This document shows positions 38,141 to 38,537 of a stretch of DNA of 38,537 bases, one piece after another (position 1 is the stretch's first letter; the number at the start of each line of letters is the position of its first letter). The translations under genes were made by a program, and so were the position numbers. A model generated the notes under the pieces. It ran no database searches, was not told the DNA's origin, and worked only from the letters and a program-made list of their open reading frames with translations. Origin of the DNA: Coleofasciculus sp. B1-GNL1-01 (GTDB taxonomy: Bacteria > Cyanobacteriota > Cyanobacteriia > Cyanobacteriales > Coleofasciculaceae); assembly GCA_040220235.1 (NCBI GenBank), contig JAVJTO010000022.1, one strand, 5' to 3'.

Positions 38141-38198
38141 GGGGGACTAGCCCCCCAGACCCCCCAATGGGGGACGAGCGCCTCCCCCATACCCCCCG
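38141..38198. repeat. G/C-run double hairpin repeat
   Basis: GGGGGACTAGCCCCCCAGACCCCCC followed by GGGGGACGAGCGCCTCCCCCATACCCCCC. Confidence 0.5.
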
Positions 38199-38339
38199 CG
38201 CAACGCTTCGCTAATCCCATACCTCATCCGGTGGTCTTCATCTGTCAATAAGAATGTCAATAAGACTTCATCTTTGGAGATATTAATGTCGCTCAAAACC
38301 TGATTTTAAAAGGTTTTGGACGGCTTGTCACCCCTTCAG

Positions 38340-38537
38340 GGCAATAGGCAATAGGCAATAGGCAATGGGCAATGGGCAATAGGCAATGGGCAATAATGGG
38401 CAATAGGTAATAGGCAATGGGCAATGGGCAATGGGCAATAGGCAATGGGCAATGGGCAATAGGCAATAGGCAATGGGCAATAGGCAATAGGCAATGGGCT
38501 TCCCCATCTTCCCAGACGCGCCATGGCGCGTCTCTAC
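38340..38537. repeat. Long heptamer STRR array (GGCAATR, about 22 units) ending in a 9-mer and GTAG hairpin
   Basis: GGCAATA/GGCAATG tandem at 38340-38499, then TCCCCATCTTCCC and AGACGCGCCATGGCGCGTCTCTAC. Confidence 0.92.

Noticed and set aside
38293..38524. Cys-rich ORFs ([14 protein letters not shown]) as extra RiPP precursors
   Set aside because: They are translations of the GGCAATR heptamer array, with no leader peptide or RBS, on the opposite strand.

Overview
A 38.5-kb chromosomal window from a filamentous cyanobacterium. The evidence is frequent HIP1 GCGATCGC octamers, heptamer STRR arrays and GTAG-type REP hairpins; the style suggests an Oscillatoriales/Coleofasciculus-like host, which is inference only. 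From left to right it holds: an IS1380-family transposase running off the left edge and inserted into a MITE; a DUF3179 membrane protein; an internally deleted histidine-kinase relic; a 1361-aa hybrid kinase with an intact-looking ETR1-type ethylene-binding domain; a hypothetical protein and an atypical SDR; a minus-strand cluster (HAMP kinase, OmpR regulator, three glycosyltransferases, ABC exporter, APH-like kinase, SLH porin); a four-gene signalling cluster with three paralogous receivers, including a REC-degenerate GGDEF-EAL protein; and yebC. It ends with the most interesting element, a compact RiPP locus. That locus has a PatD/TruD-like E1-YcaO cyclodehydratase, a ThcOx/SagB-like flavoprotein whose PSGG and catalytic Lys-Tyr motifs are both altered, and an NHLP-leader precursor with an acidic predicted core (NNFDSPVSDCEEGDCKITY) and its own promoter and 5' hairpin. 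Directly downstream is a beta-propeller/Y_Y_Y HisKA_2 sensor kinase. No protease or exporter is adjacent, and the layout suggests a peptide signal plus receptor module (inference). Intergenic DNA is dense with nested small repeats, several of which now supply coding sequence or stop codons. No rRNA, tRNA or CRISPR array was seen.
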